Positions 45,070 through 54,733 of a stretch of 64,000 nt of DNA are shown in pieces. The translations under genes were made by a program, and so were the position numbers. Positions within the stretch are counted from its first letter, which is position 1, and each line of letters opens with the position of its first letter. The DNA lies in the NCBI GenBank assembly GCA_963716025.1, contig CAVQSY010000068.1:2108-66107 (forward strand), read 5' to 3'. This stretch comes from an uncultured Chloroflexia bacterium. GTDB lineage: Bacteria; Chloroflexota; Limnocylindria; Limnocylindrales; CSP1-4. Under the pieces are notes generated by a model. It was not told where the DNA came from. It ran no database searches and worked only from the letters and a program-made list of their open reading frames with translations.

Positions 45070-46635
45070 ATGGGACTGCGCGTCGAACGTTGGATTCGTG
45101 GCGCCTGGCGGCGACGAGGCTGGGTCGTCGGGGCGGTGCTCGCTGGAGTCGCCGTCGTCGGCCCAGCAGGTGCGCTCGAGGTCGATCCGTACTATGCGTG
45201 GGGGCATTCACCCGCGGACGCCTCCGAGGTGGTCAACGCCAAGTTCGACCTCGAGATCCGGGCGGCGATCGTGCAGGCAGAGGCTCACGGAGAGGGGTTA
45301 CCGTCGTGCGAGCAGGTCACGCGCGCCGTGTACGACCGGCTCGCCTTCGAGATCTTCCAGCCCATCGACCTCTGGGCGGTGCAGTCCCCTCTGCTGCAGA
45401 GGGTTCCGGCGGACGGCGCCGAGACCGCCGAGTATCGCAAGAACAACCTCTACAGCGACGCGGCGCCCTACGACATCGGCATGTGGATGCCGATCACCCC
45501 GGTCATCGAGGTCGACGGCGTTCTCATCGGGATCGACAAGCTCTCGCATTTCGTGTCGTCCGGGTGGAGGTACCGCGAAGCCTACCTCGGCGCCCGCCGT
45601 GACGGGCTCGATCCGAGCGAGGCGGAACGGCACGCGATCCGCAGGGGAATCCTCGAGGAGCGGACCATCAACGGCAGTCTGTCGACCGGAGTCCTGTCCC
45701 GCGGCGACCTCGAGGCCAACCACGGTGGGATGCGTTTCTATCTCGAGGTCTGCAGCGAGGGGGATCCCATTCTCGCCGTCGACGGCGGTCACTGGACCGT
45801 GGTGCGGCCCTTCGACATCCGCCGCTACGTCGGTCCGGAGTGGGACGAGGGGTTCGAGCCGTCGGTTTTCTCCGGCTACCGGTGGCGCCGGGTGCAACCA
45901 CGGCTCGTCCGCTACTGCCCGCGACTCGACGAGCCCGCGGTCCGGGCGATGCTCGACCGCTACCGGGCGGCGGATCGGGAGACGCCGACCGAGGTCGTGT
46001 TCCAGGAGATGGTTGACGAGGGAAAGCTGAAGGACCCGAAGGGCTTCGGTCTTCTCGCCAACTGCCCCGGCGGCGAGCAGCCCGACCGGCCCGAACCGCC
46101 GGATCCTCCTCTCGCGGCCGCGGAGGGAGACCGTCCGGGAGACGAGCAGCGTCTGGAGGACCTTCGACAGGCCCTGCGTGAGCTGGACCTCGACCGTCCC
46201 CTGCGGGTGGTCGGTCTCGTGTCGCTGTCGTTGGACCGTCCCAAGGGTCTGACCGGCTCGATCGGCGCCGTTTTCGCCCATCCACGGCGAAGCGACGACT
46301 GTCGCGACGTGTGCCAGCTCACCGGACCCTACGTGCAGGCCGATGTCGGAACGACCGGCGGTCAGCTGAGCCTCGGCTACGGGTCGATCGTCGGGGACAC
46401 CGGGTCGAGTGATCGATTCGTGACCGCCGCCTACCTCGCGGTCGGCATCGAGGCCGCGCTTCTGCGCACCTGGAGGGATTCGCCGCTCGACCCGGACACC
46501 CAGACCCTCGCCGGTCTCGAGGGCCAGCTGTCGGTGGCCCGGGTCGCATTCCGACTCGGCGTGTTCTATCGCCTGTCCGACGACGCCCAAAGCAATCGCT
46601 GGGTCGTGACGGGGGGTGTCGGCTGGGGCTTCTGA
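45070..46635 (+). CDS. Hypothetical exported protein, 521 aa, beta-barrel-like C-terminus (...GGVGWGF)
   Basis: Intact ORF with an N-terminal hydrophobic segment and a terminal aromatic residue typical of outer-membrane proteins. The family is unknown to me. Confidence 0.45.
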   Translation: MGLRVERWIRGAWRRRGWVVGAVLAGVAVVGPAGALEVDPYYAWGHSPADASEVVNAKFDLEIRAAIVQAEAHGEGLPSCEQVTRAVYDRLAFEIFQPIDLWAVQSPLLQRVPADGAETAEYRKNNLYSDAAPYDIGMWMPITPVIEVDGVLIGIDKLSHFVSSGWRYREAYLGARRDGLDPSEAERHAIRRGILEERTINGSLSTGVLSRGDLEANHGGMRFYLEVCSEGDPILAVDGGHWTVVRPFDIRRYVGPEWDEGFEPSVFSGYRWRRVQPRLVRYCPRLDEPAVRAMLDRYRAADRETPTEVVFQEMVDEGKLKDPKGFGLLANCPGGEQPDRPEPPDPPLAAAEGDRPGDEQRLEDLRQALRELDLDRPLRVVGLVSLSLDRPKGLTGSIGAVFAHPRRSDDCRDVCQLTGPYVQADVGTTGGQLSLGYGSIVGDTGSSDRFVTAAYLAVGIEAALLRTWRDSPLDPDTQTLAGLEGQLSVARVAFRLGVFYRLSDDAQSNRWVVTGGVGWGF

Positions 46636-46665
46636 ACGGGTATCCAGTGCTATTCTCGGTTTGAT

Positions 46666-49604
46666 GTGAAGACACGTCTCGCCGTTCTCGCTTCGGTCAT
46701 GTGGGCGGTCTCGGCGGCAGCCCAGCAGCTCCCGTTCGGGACCTACACCATCGTCGACGGCCTCGTCGACTCGGTGATCTTCACCCTCGAGCAGGACTCC
46801 AGAGGCTACCTGTGGATCGGCACCCGCGCCGGCCTGAACCGCTTCGACGGCCTCGAGTTCGTGGAGGTCACGGTCGACGACGGACTGGCCCACAACGTCA
46901 TCCGTGACGTTCAGGAGACCGCCGACGGCGCTCTGTGGGTCGCGACCGAGCACGGGTTGAGCCGTCTCGTCGATGGGCGCATCAAGAACTGGACGGTCGC
47001 AGAAGGGCTACCGCATCACTCGGTGCGCTGCCTCGCGGAGGGTCCCGACGGCGCGTTGTGGCTCGGCACCTATGGTGGCGGCGCCGCGCGGGTCGTCGAC
47101 GACCGCGTCGAGGTTGTGAGCACCGCCGACGGACTCGTTCACGACAAGGTGCGGGTCATGCTCCGGACAGCGGCGGGCGACCTGTGGTTCGGCACTTCGG
47201 GCGGCGGGCTCTCGAGACTCCGCAACGGCCGCTTCCAGAGCTTCGGCGAGAACGACGGTCTCGGCGATCTCGAGATCCGCAGCCTGTTCGAGGATCGCGA
47301 CCGGGTGCTGTGGGTCGGCACCCGCGGCGGGCTCTACCGGCTCGGGGACGACGATCGCCTGGTGGCGGTGGTCGAGGAGGTGCTCGCGGGCGAGACGGTC
47401 AACGTCATCACCCAGGATCGGCGCGGGCGGCTGTGGGTTGGCACCCGCGAAGGGGGTGCATTCGCCCTCGACACCGGGCGGGTTGTCCGCTACCGCAAAT
47501 CCGACGGGCTCGCCGACGACAGCGTGACGGCGATCCTCGAAGATCGTGAGGGCAGCCTGTGGTTCGGGACCTACGGCGGCGGGCTGTCACGTCTGAGCAC
47601 GGAGGCGATCCACAACTGGCAGCGGCAGGAGGGATTCGACTACGCCAACGTCTACGCCATCGTCGAGGACTCGTCCGGGGCCTTCTGGTTCGGGACCAAC
47701 GGCGGCGGCGTCAGCCGCCTCGCCAATGGGCGTTTCGAGCGATTCACCACCGAGGACGAAATCAGCCACGACAAGGTCGTGGCGGCCATGGAGGACCGCG
47801 ACGGGGCGCTGTGGTTCGGAACGCTCGAGGGTGCCACCCGCTACCGGGGCGGCCGCTTCACGACGCTGGGAGTCGCCGACGGATTGAGCCACGAGTATCG
47901 TCTACCACATTGCCCAGGACCGGCGCGGCGACCTCTGGTTCGCCACCTTCGACGGGCTCACGCGCCGGACGGTCGATGGCCGGTTCCTGCACTACGGTCC
48001 GGCCGACGGGCTCGCGAGCGAGCGGGTGAACTTCATTCGCGAGGCCGCCGACGGCACCCTGTGGTTCGGCACCGCCAACGGGGTCAGCCGATTCGACGGC
48101 GAGAGGTTCACCAGCCTCGGCGTCGAGGACGGGTTGGTCGCCGAGTTCGTCAACCACATCCTCGAGGACTCCTCCGGGGTCCTGTGGATCTCGACCAACC
48201 GCGGCCTGTCGCGCTACGACGGCGCCGGCTTCACCAACTACACCGTGGCCGACGGGCTGTCCCACAACAGCTGTGTGGTCGCCCTCGAGGGTCCCGACGG
48301 GGCGCTCTGGGTCGGCACCAACCGCGGAGTCAACCGGTTCGACGGGACGGCCTTCTCGGTCGTGACGTCGAAGGAGGGCCTGGTCGCCGACCTCGTCAAT
48401 CGCGGCGCCGGATACGCTGATCGCCACGGCAGCCTGTGGTTCGGCACGGTCGGTGGGGTGAGCGAGATCGACGCCACCTTCACGCCACCGGTGCTGCCGC
48501 CGCCCCCGGTCCATCTCGAACAGGTGCGTGTCCTGGGTGAGCCGCTGCCGCTGGGTGTGCGGGCTGTCCTGCCGCACGATCGCAATCATCTCAGGTTCGA
48601 CTTCGTGGGCATCTCCTTCCGGCGTCCCCAGGACGTGCTCTACAGGTACCGCCTTGAAGGCCTCGGGCTCGGCTGGCAGGAGTCGAGGGTGCGGTCGGTT
48701 CAGTACACGTCCCTCCGTGCCGGCCGGTATGTCTTCGAGGTCACCGCGCGGGGTGCTGACGGTGGTTGGAACCCGGCCCCGGCTCGATTCGAGCTCGAGA
48801 TCGTGCCACCGGTGTGGCGGCGGCCGTGGTTCGTGGTGCTGGCCGCCCTGGTCCTGGTGGGAGCGGTGGCTCTGGCGGCTGTGGGAGATGAAACGTCAGA
48901 CGCGGGAGCTCGAACGAAGGGTCCGGGAGCGAACCCGCGAGGTCGAGCAGGCGAATCTGGAGCTGCGCTGGCTCGCGCTCCACGACCGACTCACGAACCT
49001 TCGCAACCGCCACTACATGTACGAGATCATGCCGGACGAGATGACGCGTCTCCATCGCCGGACCTGGAGCGGTGACGACGCCAATGGTGGTTTCGGCCTG
49101 GCGTTGGTCGACCTCGATCACTTCAAGGAGGTCAACGACCAGTGGGACCACTCGGTCGGCGACCAGGCTCTGCGGGCAGTGGCGGAGGCGTTCCGCGACG
49201 CGACGCGGACCGCTGACGTGGTCGCGCGCTGGGGGGGCGAGGAGTTCCTGGTGCTCTTGCGGGACGTCCGGGTCGGTTACCTGCCCGACACGGTGCAACG
49301 ACTACTCGAGGCGGTGCGGCAGCTGCGTGTGCCGGCGGGTTCGAGCGACGTCCGTCTGACCTGCTCGATCGGCTACACCCACTTCCCGGGCCACGTTCCG
49401 GTGGCGACCTACACCTGGGAGGACGTCGTCAGGATCGCGGATGTCGCTCTCTACCTGGCCAAGGCCGAGGGTCGTGATCGGGCGGTCGGCCTCACCTACG
49501 ACCTGGCGACCCCTCCGGCCGAGCTCATGGCGAGCCTTCGCAGTGACGTCCATCGCGGCGAGGAACGCGGTCTGCTGCGCCGGATCGAACCCGCCAGCGG
49601 GTAG
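46666..49604 (+). CDS. Two-component-regulator-propeller (Reg_prop) / Y_Y_Y / TM / GGDEF diguanylate cyclase (frameshifts near 47893 and 48875)
   Basis: Many GL..F....DG.LWIGT/WFGT repeats. YRYRLEGLG..W (Y_Y_Y region). TM segment WFVVLAALVLVGAVALA. GGDEF: LALVDLDHFKEVND, RWGGEEFLVLL. Confidence 0.8.
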
Positions 49605-49653
49605 ACGGCCGCGCGCGGCGGACGAACGTCGTCGCTGCGACCAGGAGCAGGTT

Positions 49654-49754
49654 TTCTCACCGCGAAGACGGGACGGACCGCGAAGATGCTGCTCGAAGAA
49701 CGTCACGTGAGGCCCTCTTCTTCGCGGGTTCCTTCTGGCGCTTCGCGGTTCAGG
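49654..49754. repeat. Inverted pair of ACCGCGAAG-type short-period repeats between the convergent GGDEF and polA genes (possible bidirectional terminator)
   Basis: TTCTCACCGCGAAGACGGGACGGACCGCGAAGATGC ... CTCTTCTTCGCGGGTTCCTTCTGGCGCTTCGCGGTTCAGG. Confidence 0.55.
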
Positions 49755-49771
49755 AACCCCGCCGGCGGTCG

Positions 49772-52494
49772 TCAGTGCGCCTCGTCCCAGTTGCGGCCGC
49801 GTGCCGACGTCGACGACCAGGGGCACCGCGAGCTCGATGGCGGTGGTCATCTCGTGGCGCACCATCGTCGGCGACGGCGTCGGCCCGGTCCTCGTCGACC
49901 TCGAGCAGCAGCTCGTCGTGGACCTGCAGCAGCAGGCAGCTGGCCGGGGTGCTCGTGCAGCCAGGCGGCGGTCGACGCGCGATCATCGCCCGCTTGATGA
50001 GGTCGGCGGCCGATGCCCTGGACCGGGGTGTTGATGGCGATGCGCTCGGCCGCCGGCGCGTGCGGCGAAGTTGCCGCTGCCGAGGTCCGGCACCGGCCGG
50101 CGGCGGCCGAGCAGGGTCTCGACGTAGCCGTTGTCGCGGGCCGCCTCGAGGGTGCGCTGCCGGTACTCCTCGATCTCCGGGAAAGCGCTCCTTGTAGCGC
50201 TCGATGTACTCGCCGCGCCTCGCCGCTGGAGATCCGCTGCGTCTGGGCCAGGCCGAAGGCGCTCTGGCCGTAGACGATGCCGAAGTTGACCGCCTTGGCG
50301 ATGCGCGCGCATCGCGCGGGTGACCTCCTCCGGGGGCACGCCGAAGCAGCCCGGCGGCGGTCTCGGCGTGGATGTCGGCGCCGGCGGCGAAGGCGTCGGC
50401 GAAGCCGCCTCGGCCGCCGCACAGGTGGGCGAGGATGCGCAGCTCGATCTGCGAGTAGTCGGCCGACAGGAGCACGCCGGCCCGGGGGCGCGACGAAGGC
50501 CTGGCGGATCCGGCGGCCCTCCTCGGTGCGGACCGGGATGTTCTGCAGGTTGGGGTCGGTGGAGGCGAGGCGCCCGGTGGCGGCGGTGGTCTGCGAGAAG
50601 TTGGTGTGGATGCGGCCGGTCTTCGGGGTTGACCAGCCGGCAGCGGGTCGACGTAGGTGTTCTTGAGCTTGACCAGCGACCGGTAGTCGAGGATGCGCCT
50701 CGGGCAGCGGGTGCTGCAGGGCGAGCTCGCTCGAGCACCGACTCGTCGGTCGACGGCCCGGTCTTGGTGCGTCTTGATGACCGGCAGCCCGAGCGTCGTC
50801 GAAGAGGATCTCGCGCAGCTGCTTGACCGAGCCGATGTTGAACTCGCGGCCGGCGAGCCTCGTGGCAGCGCGCGCTCGGCCTCGGCGATGCGCCCGGTCG
50901 AGCTCGACCGACAGCGCCGCGAACAGCCTCGCGGTCGACGCGCGATGCCGTGTCGCTCCATGCGGGCGAGCACCGGCGATCAGCGGCACCTCGAGCTCGC
51001 GGTAGAGCACGACCAGCGCCGTTCTCGTCGAGCAGCGGCGCCGAGCTGCTGGTCGAGCAGCCAGGTGACGTGGGCGTCCTCGGCGGCGTAGTCCCGGGCC
51101 GTCCTCGAGCGGCACCGCGGCGAAGGTGCGCGCCGTCCGCCGACGGCCTCGGCGAACGAGATCATCCGGTGCTCGAGGTGGACCAGCGCCAGGTCGTCGA
51201 GCTTGTGCGAGCGGCGGTCCGGGGTCAGCAGGTAGTCGGCGAGCAGGGTGTCGCCGTCGATGCCCGGCGACCTCGACGCCGTGACCGGCCAGCACCTTGA
51301 GGTCGTACTTGAGGTTCTGGCCGGTCTTGCCGCTGCGACGGGTCCTCGAGCAGCGGGCCGAGCACCTCGCGCACCCGCGGCCAGGCGCAGCTGCCGGCGC
51401 CGTCGAGGCTGCGTGTGGCCGACCGGGCACGTACCACGCCACGTCGTCGTCGCAGCAGAAGGACAGGCCCGACCAGGTCGGCCTCCAGCGGGTCGAGGGA
51501 GGTGGTCTCGGTGTCGAAGGCGAAGCGCGGCGCCGCGGCGAGCGCGGCGCGCAGCTCCGCCGAGCTCCTCCTCGGTGGTCACCAGCCGGTAGCTCGCAGC
51601 GGTCGACGGCCGCCATCTCGCCGCCGAACTCCTTGAGCAGGCCGCGGAACTCGAGCTCGCTGAACAGCTCGCGCGGCCGCGTCCGGCGGGCGGCGGGAAG
51701 TCGAGGCGCGAGGTCGTCGAGCGTGACCTCGACCGGGACGTCGGTGCGGATCGTGGCGAGCTCGCGCGACAGGTAGGCCTGGTCGCGGTCGGCCTCGAGC
51801 TTGGCGCGGACGCCCGGCCGGCGCCACCTCGTCGAGGTGGGCGTAGATGTCGTCGAGACCGCGCCAGCTCGGCCGAGCAGCTTCTTCGCGCCCTTCTCGC
51901 CGATGCCCTTGACGCCGGGGATGTTGTCCGAGGTGTCGCCCCAGATGCCGAGGGCGTCGGGGACGAGCTCGGGCGGGCAGCCGAACTTCTCCGTCGACCT
52001 CGCCGAAGCGAGATCCTGCGCGTCCTTCATCGAGTCGAACAGGCTGACGTGGTCGCGCGACGAGCTGCATCAGGTCCTTGTCCGAGCTGACCAGCACCAC
52101 GTCGAGCTCGCCCTCGTGGCGCCTGGCCAGGGTGCCCATGACGTCGTCGGCCTCGAAGCCGTCGATGCACCAGGAACGGGAACGCCGAAGGCCTCGGCGA
52201 CCCGCGGGAAGAGCGGCATCTGCGCGCGCAGCGCGTCGGGCATGTCGGGTCGCGTGCCCTTGTACTCGCGGGAAGAGCTCGTCGCGGAAGGTGCCGCCCT
52301 CGGGTCCCAGGTGATCGCCAGGTAGTCGGGCTGCTCGTCCCGGATCAGCTTGAGCAGCATGTTGATGAAGCCGAACAGCGCGTTGGTCGGCTGCCCCTTC
52401 GAGCTCGCCATGCCGCCGATCGCGAAGAAGGCCCGGAACGCCATGTTCGGGCCGTCGACCAGATACAGCGTGGGTCGTCGTGGGGTGTCGCTCA
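49772..52494 (-). pseudogene. polA: DNA polymerase I, many frameshifts
   Basis: MSDTPRRPTLYLVDGPNMAFRAFFA (5' nuclease); GDTSDNIPGVKGIGEKGA; SADYSQIELRILAH; RRxAKAVNFGIVYG; QVHDELLLEV; C-terminal ...VDVG....NWDEAH* after a last frameshift. Confidence 0.85.
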
Positions 52495-52525
52495 TCGGGG
52501 GATCTTCCCACAGACGGCCAAGCCT

Positions 52526-52813
52526 GTGCAGCGCGACGTCCGTGACCTCGCCCGGATCCGCTCCCTCGAGGTCCTGGATCGAGACGGCGGCGAGGTGGAC
52601 CTGGTGCTCGAGCGGGGCGGCCACGAGCTGGCAGGGCTGGAGGTCAAGGCCTCGGCCACCGTCGTCGAGGCCGACTTCCGCGCCCTGCGCAGGCTCCGTG
52701 ACGCGGTCGGCGACCGGTTCCGGGCCGGTGTCGTGCTCTACGACGGCGAGACCACCGTCCCCTTCGGCGACCGCCTGTGGGCGGTGCCCGTGCGGAGGCT
52801 CTGGGAGGGGTAG
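52526..52813 (+). pseudogene. Remnant of the AAA+/DUF4143-type ATPase (5' truncated, internal deletion, PD-(D/E)xK-like tail retained)
   Basis: VQRDVRDLARIRSLE joined directly to DGGEVDLVLERGGHELAGLEVKASATV...VVLYDGETTVPFGDRLWAVPVRRLWEG*. Compare the full copy at 57604..58851. Confidence 0.7.
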
Positions 52814-53410
52814 GGGAGATCCGGCTGGAGAGGGCCTCAGCGAGCAGGGACAGCGACAGGGGCAGTGTTCAGGGACAGCGACAGCGGCAGCGAGCAGGAA
52901 CAGGACCGGCGATCATCGCCAGCGACGGGGTCGGCGACAGGGCTCGCGATGGCGTCGCCCAGGGGGGGTAGCCGGCAACCTGGGCGGTGTCGAAGGTCGC
53001 TTCGCGACCGGCCTGCGGCGGCGATCCGTCGGGACGCCCGGCTCGAGCTGTTCTCCGGGGGGATGGGCGGACGTCGACTTCGTCTGGCCGTGCCGGTCGT
53101 CGATCGCGAGGGGAACGCCCGTTCGCCAGGGTGCATGGCGCCACGGGCACACTCCTGCAGACCTGGGCTGGGCCCGTGCCATGGGACGGCGACGAGGGAC
53201 AGAAAGTGAGTGGAGTCATCGGGACGACGCCGAAGACGATTGTCGGGCCTTCGTGCTACCCGACGCCGATCCCCGCAGCGGTCACCGCCACGTCAAGGAG
53301 CTGCGCCCAGAGAGACGGGGCGCTTCGCCCCGACGGTCTCGCGGTGAGCACCTCCCCGGTTCTCTCGGCGTCCTACGGGCAGGGCGTCACGCACCAGGCG
53401 ATGACGAGCA

Positions 53411-54723
53411 ATGGCGGCCCATCCAGAGATCCGCGTGTTCTCGGGATGGGCATCCAATCCCGGGGAGGCACAATGTAATCTGGCTGGGCGGACGCGGGAC
53501 CTTCGCTTGGTCCCGGTGATGTCCGTCGGCGGAGTCCCTCAGTTTGAAGACCTGCGAGACATCGATGACACGGTCGATATCGCCGGCAGAGCGGCGGGGG
53601 ACGCTCTCTTCCACGCGAGAAGCGCTCTTTCCGTGCTTGCGGGACTCGGCTGGGCTGGGTTCGACGCACTGGACCTCGTCGTGCAATCCTGGTTCTGCAC
53701 GGATGGTGCGCAGTACTCAGCCGGGGCCGAGTACCAGCACAACCAGTACCTGACAGGGCGAAATGCCGTTCACTTCTGCCGGCATCTCGACGAATGTCGC
53801 CAATGACGACCAGTTTGACCCGCTCTTCATGAGCCCCACGAACCTGATGTTCTCAGCCGCCCAGGACGTGGTGGCGCACGAGATCGGGCACGGGATACAT
53901 GTTCGGCCTGACCCCCTGGGTACGAGATGCAGGTGACGGCGAGGTGACCTGGGAAGACGTGCTGCACGAGGGGTGGGCCGACATCATTGGTTTGATTGTG
54001 GAGTGGGCAGCAGAGGGTTCGCAGGGAGATGGGATGTCCCTGGATCCAGATGAGTTCGACCGCGTCGAGCACGCTGACTGGTTCGCCGGCGAGGACGTGC
54101 TCCGGGCGCCTCTCATCAGCAACGAGGACGCGGATCGCCGATGGGACGATTATGACGACGGGGCGAACGTTGGGTACTCGCTGCATGGCCTGGACGAGGT
54201 GGGACCGCCGCCCGAAGGACTGGCGGAGTACGCCTACTTTGAATCGAACCGCCTCCCGCTGGCCTTCCGTCTGTCGGTGACCGGCGGCCGGAATCCGGTG
54301 TGCAATCGGAACGTAGATGTCCGGCGTTATTGGACAGGGTGTGAGGTGGGGTTGTTTTCGCCGCAGTTCTGTGCCGAGAATCCCTACTTCTGTCCACCGG
54401 AGCCAGGAGCACCTCCAGGCTCCGTGGGCTCAGACTTCAGTGTGGTCGGAAGGCCGGTCGAAGAGATGAGCAACGCGTTCTTCCGAGCGCTTCGCTTGTA
54501 CTGGATGCACATGGACAGCGATCTCGGCGATGTGGCCGACTTCGTCAAGGTGGCGGCTCACGACCTGTATTACATGGACGGCACCAGCTGGCCGCCGGTG
54601 TGCACGGACGGTTTCGACCAGCAGATCGCGGTCGCCGGAGCCTTCCGGTCGGTCGGATACGAGGGCACCGGCGGCTGGGTCTGCACCTGTTCCTCACCGT
54701 GCAGCCCGCCGGTCGTGTGGTAG
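53411..54723 (+). CDS. Thermolysin-like (M4-type gluzincin) metallopeptidase, at least 2 frameshifts (~53810, ~53895); the true start is probably further upstream (~53200)
   Basis: DALFHARSALSVLAGLGW (compare DAHYYAG..); DVVAHEIGHG (HExxH at 53877-53891); VLHEGWADIIG (compare NEAxSDxxG, third Zn ligand); AFFRALRLYWMHMDSDLGDVADFVKVAAHDLY; Cys-rich tail GGWVCTCSSPCSPPVVW*. Confidence 0.6.
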
Positions 54724-54733
54724 GAGGACGACC

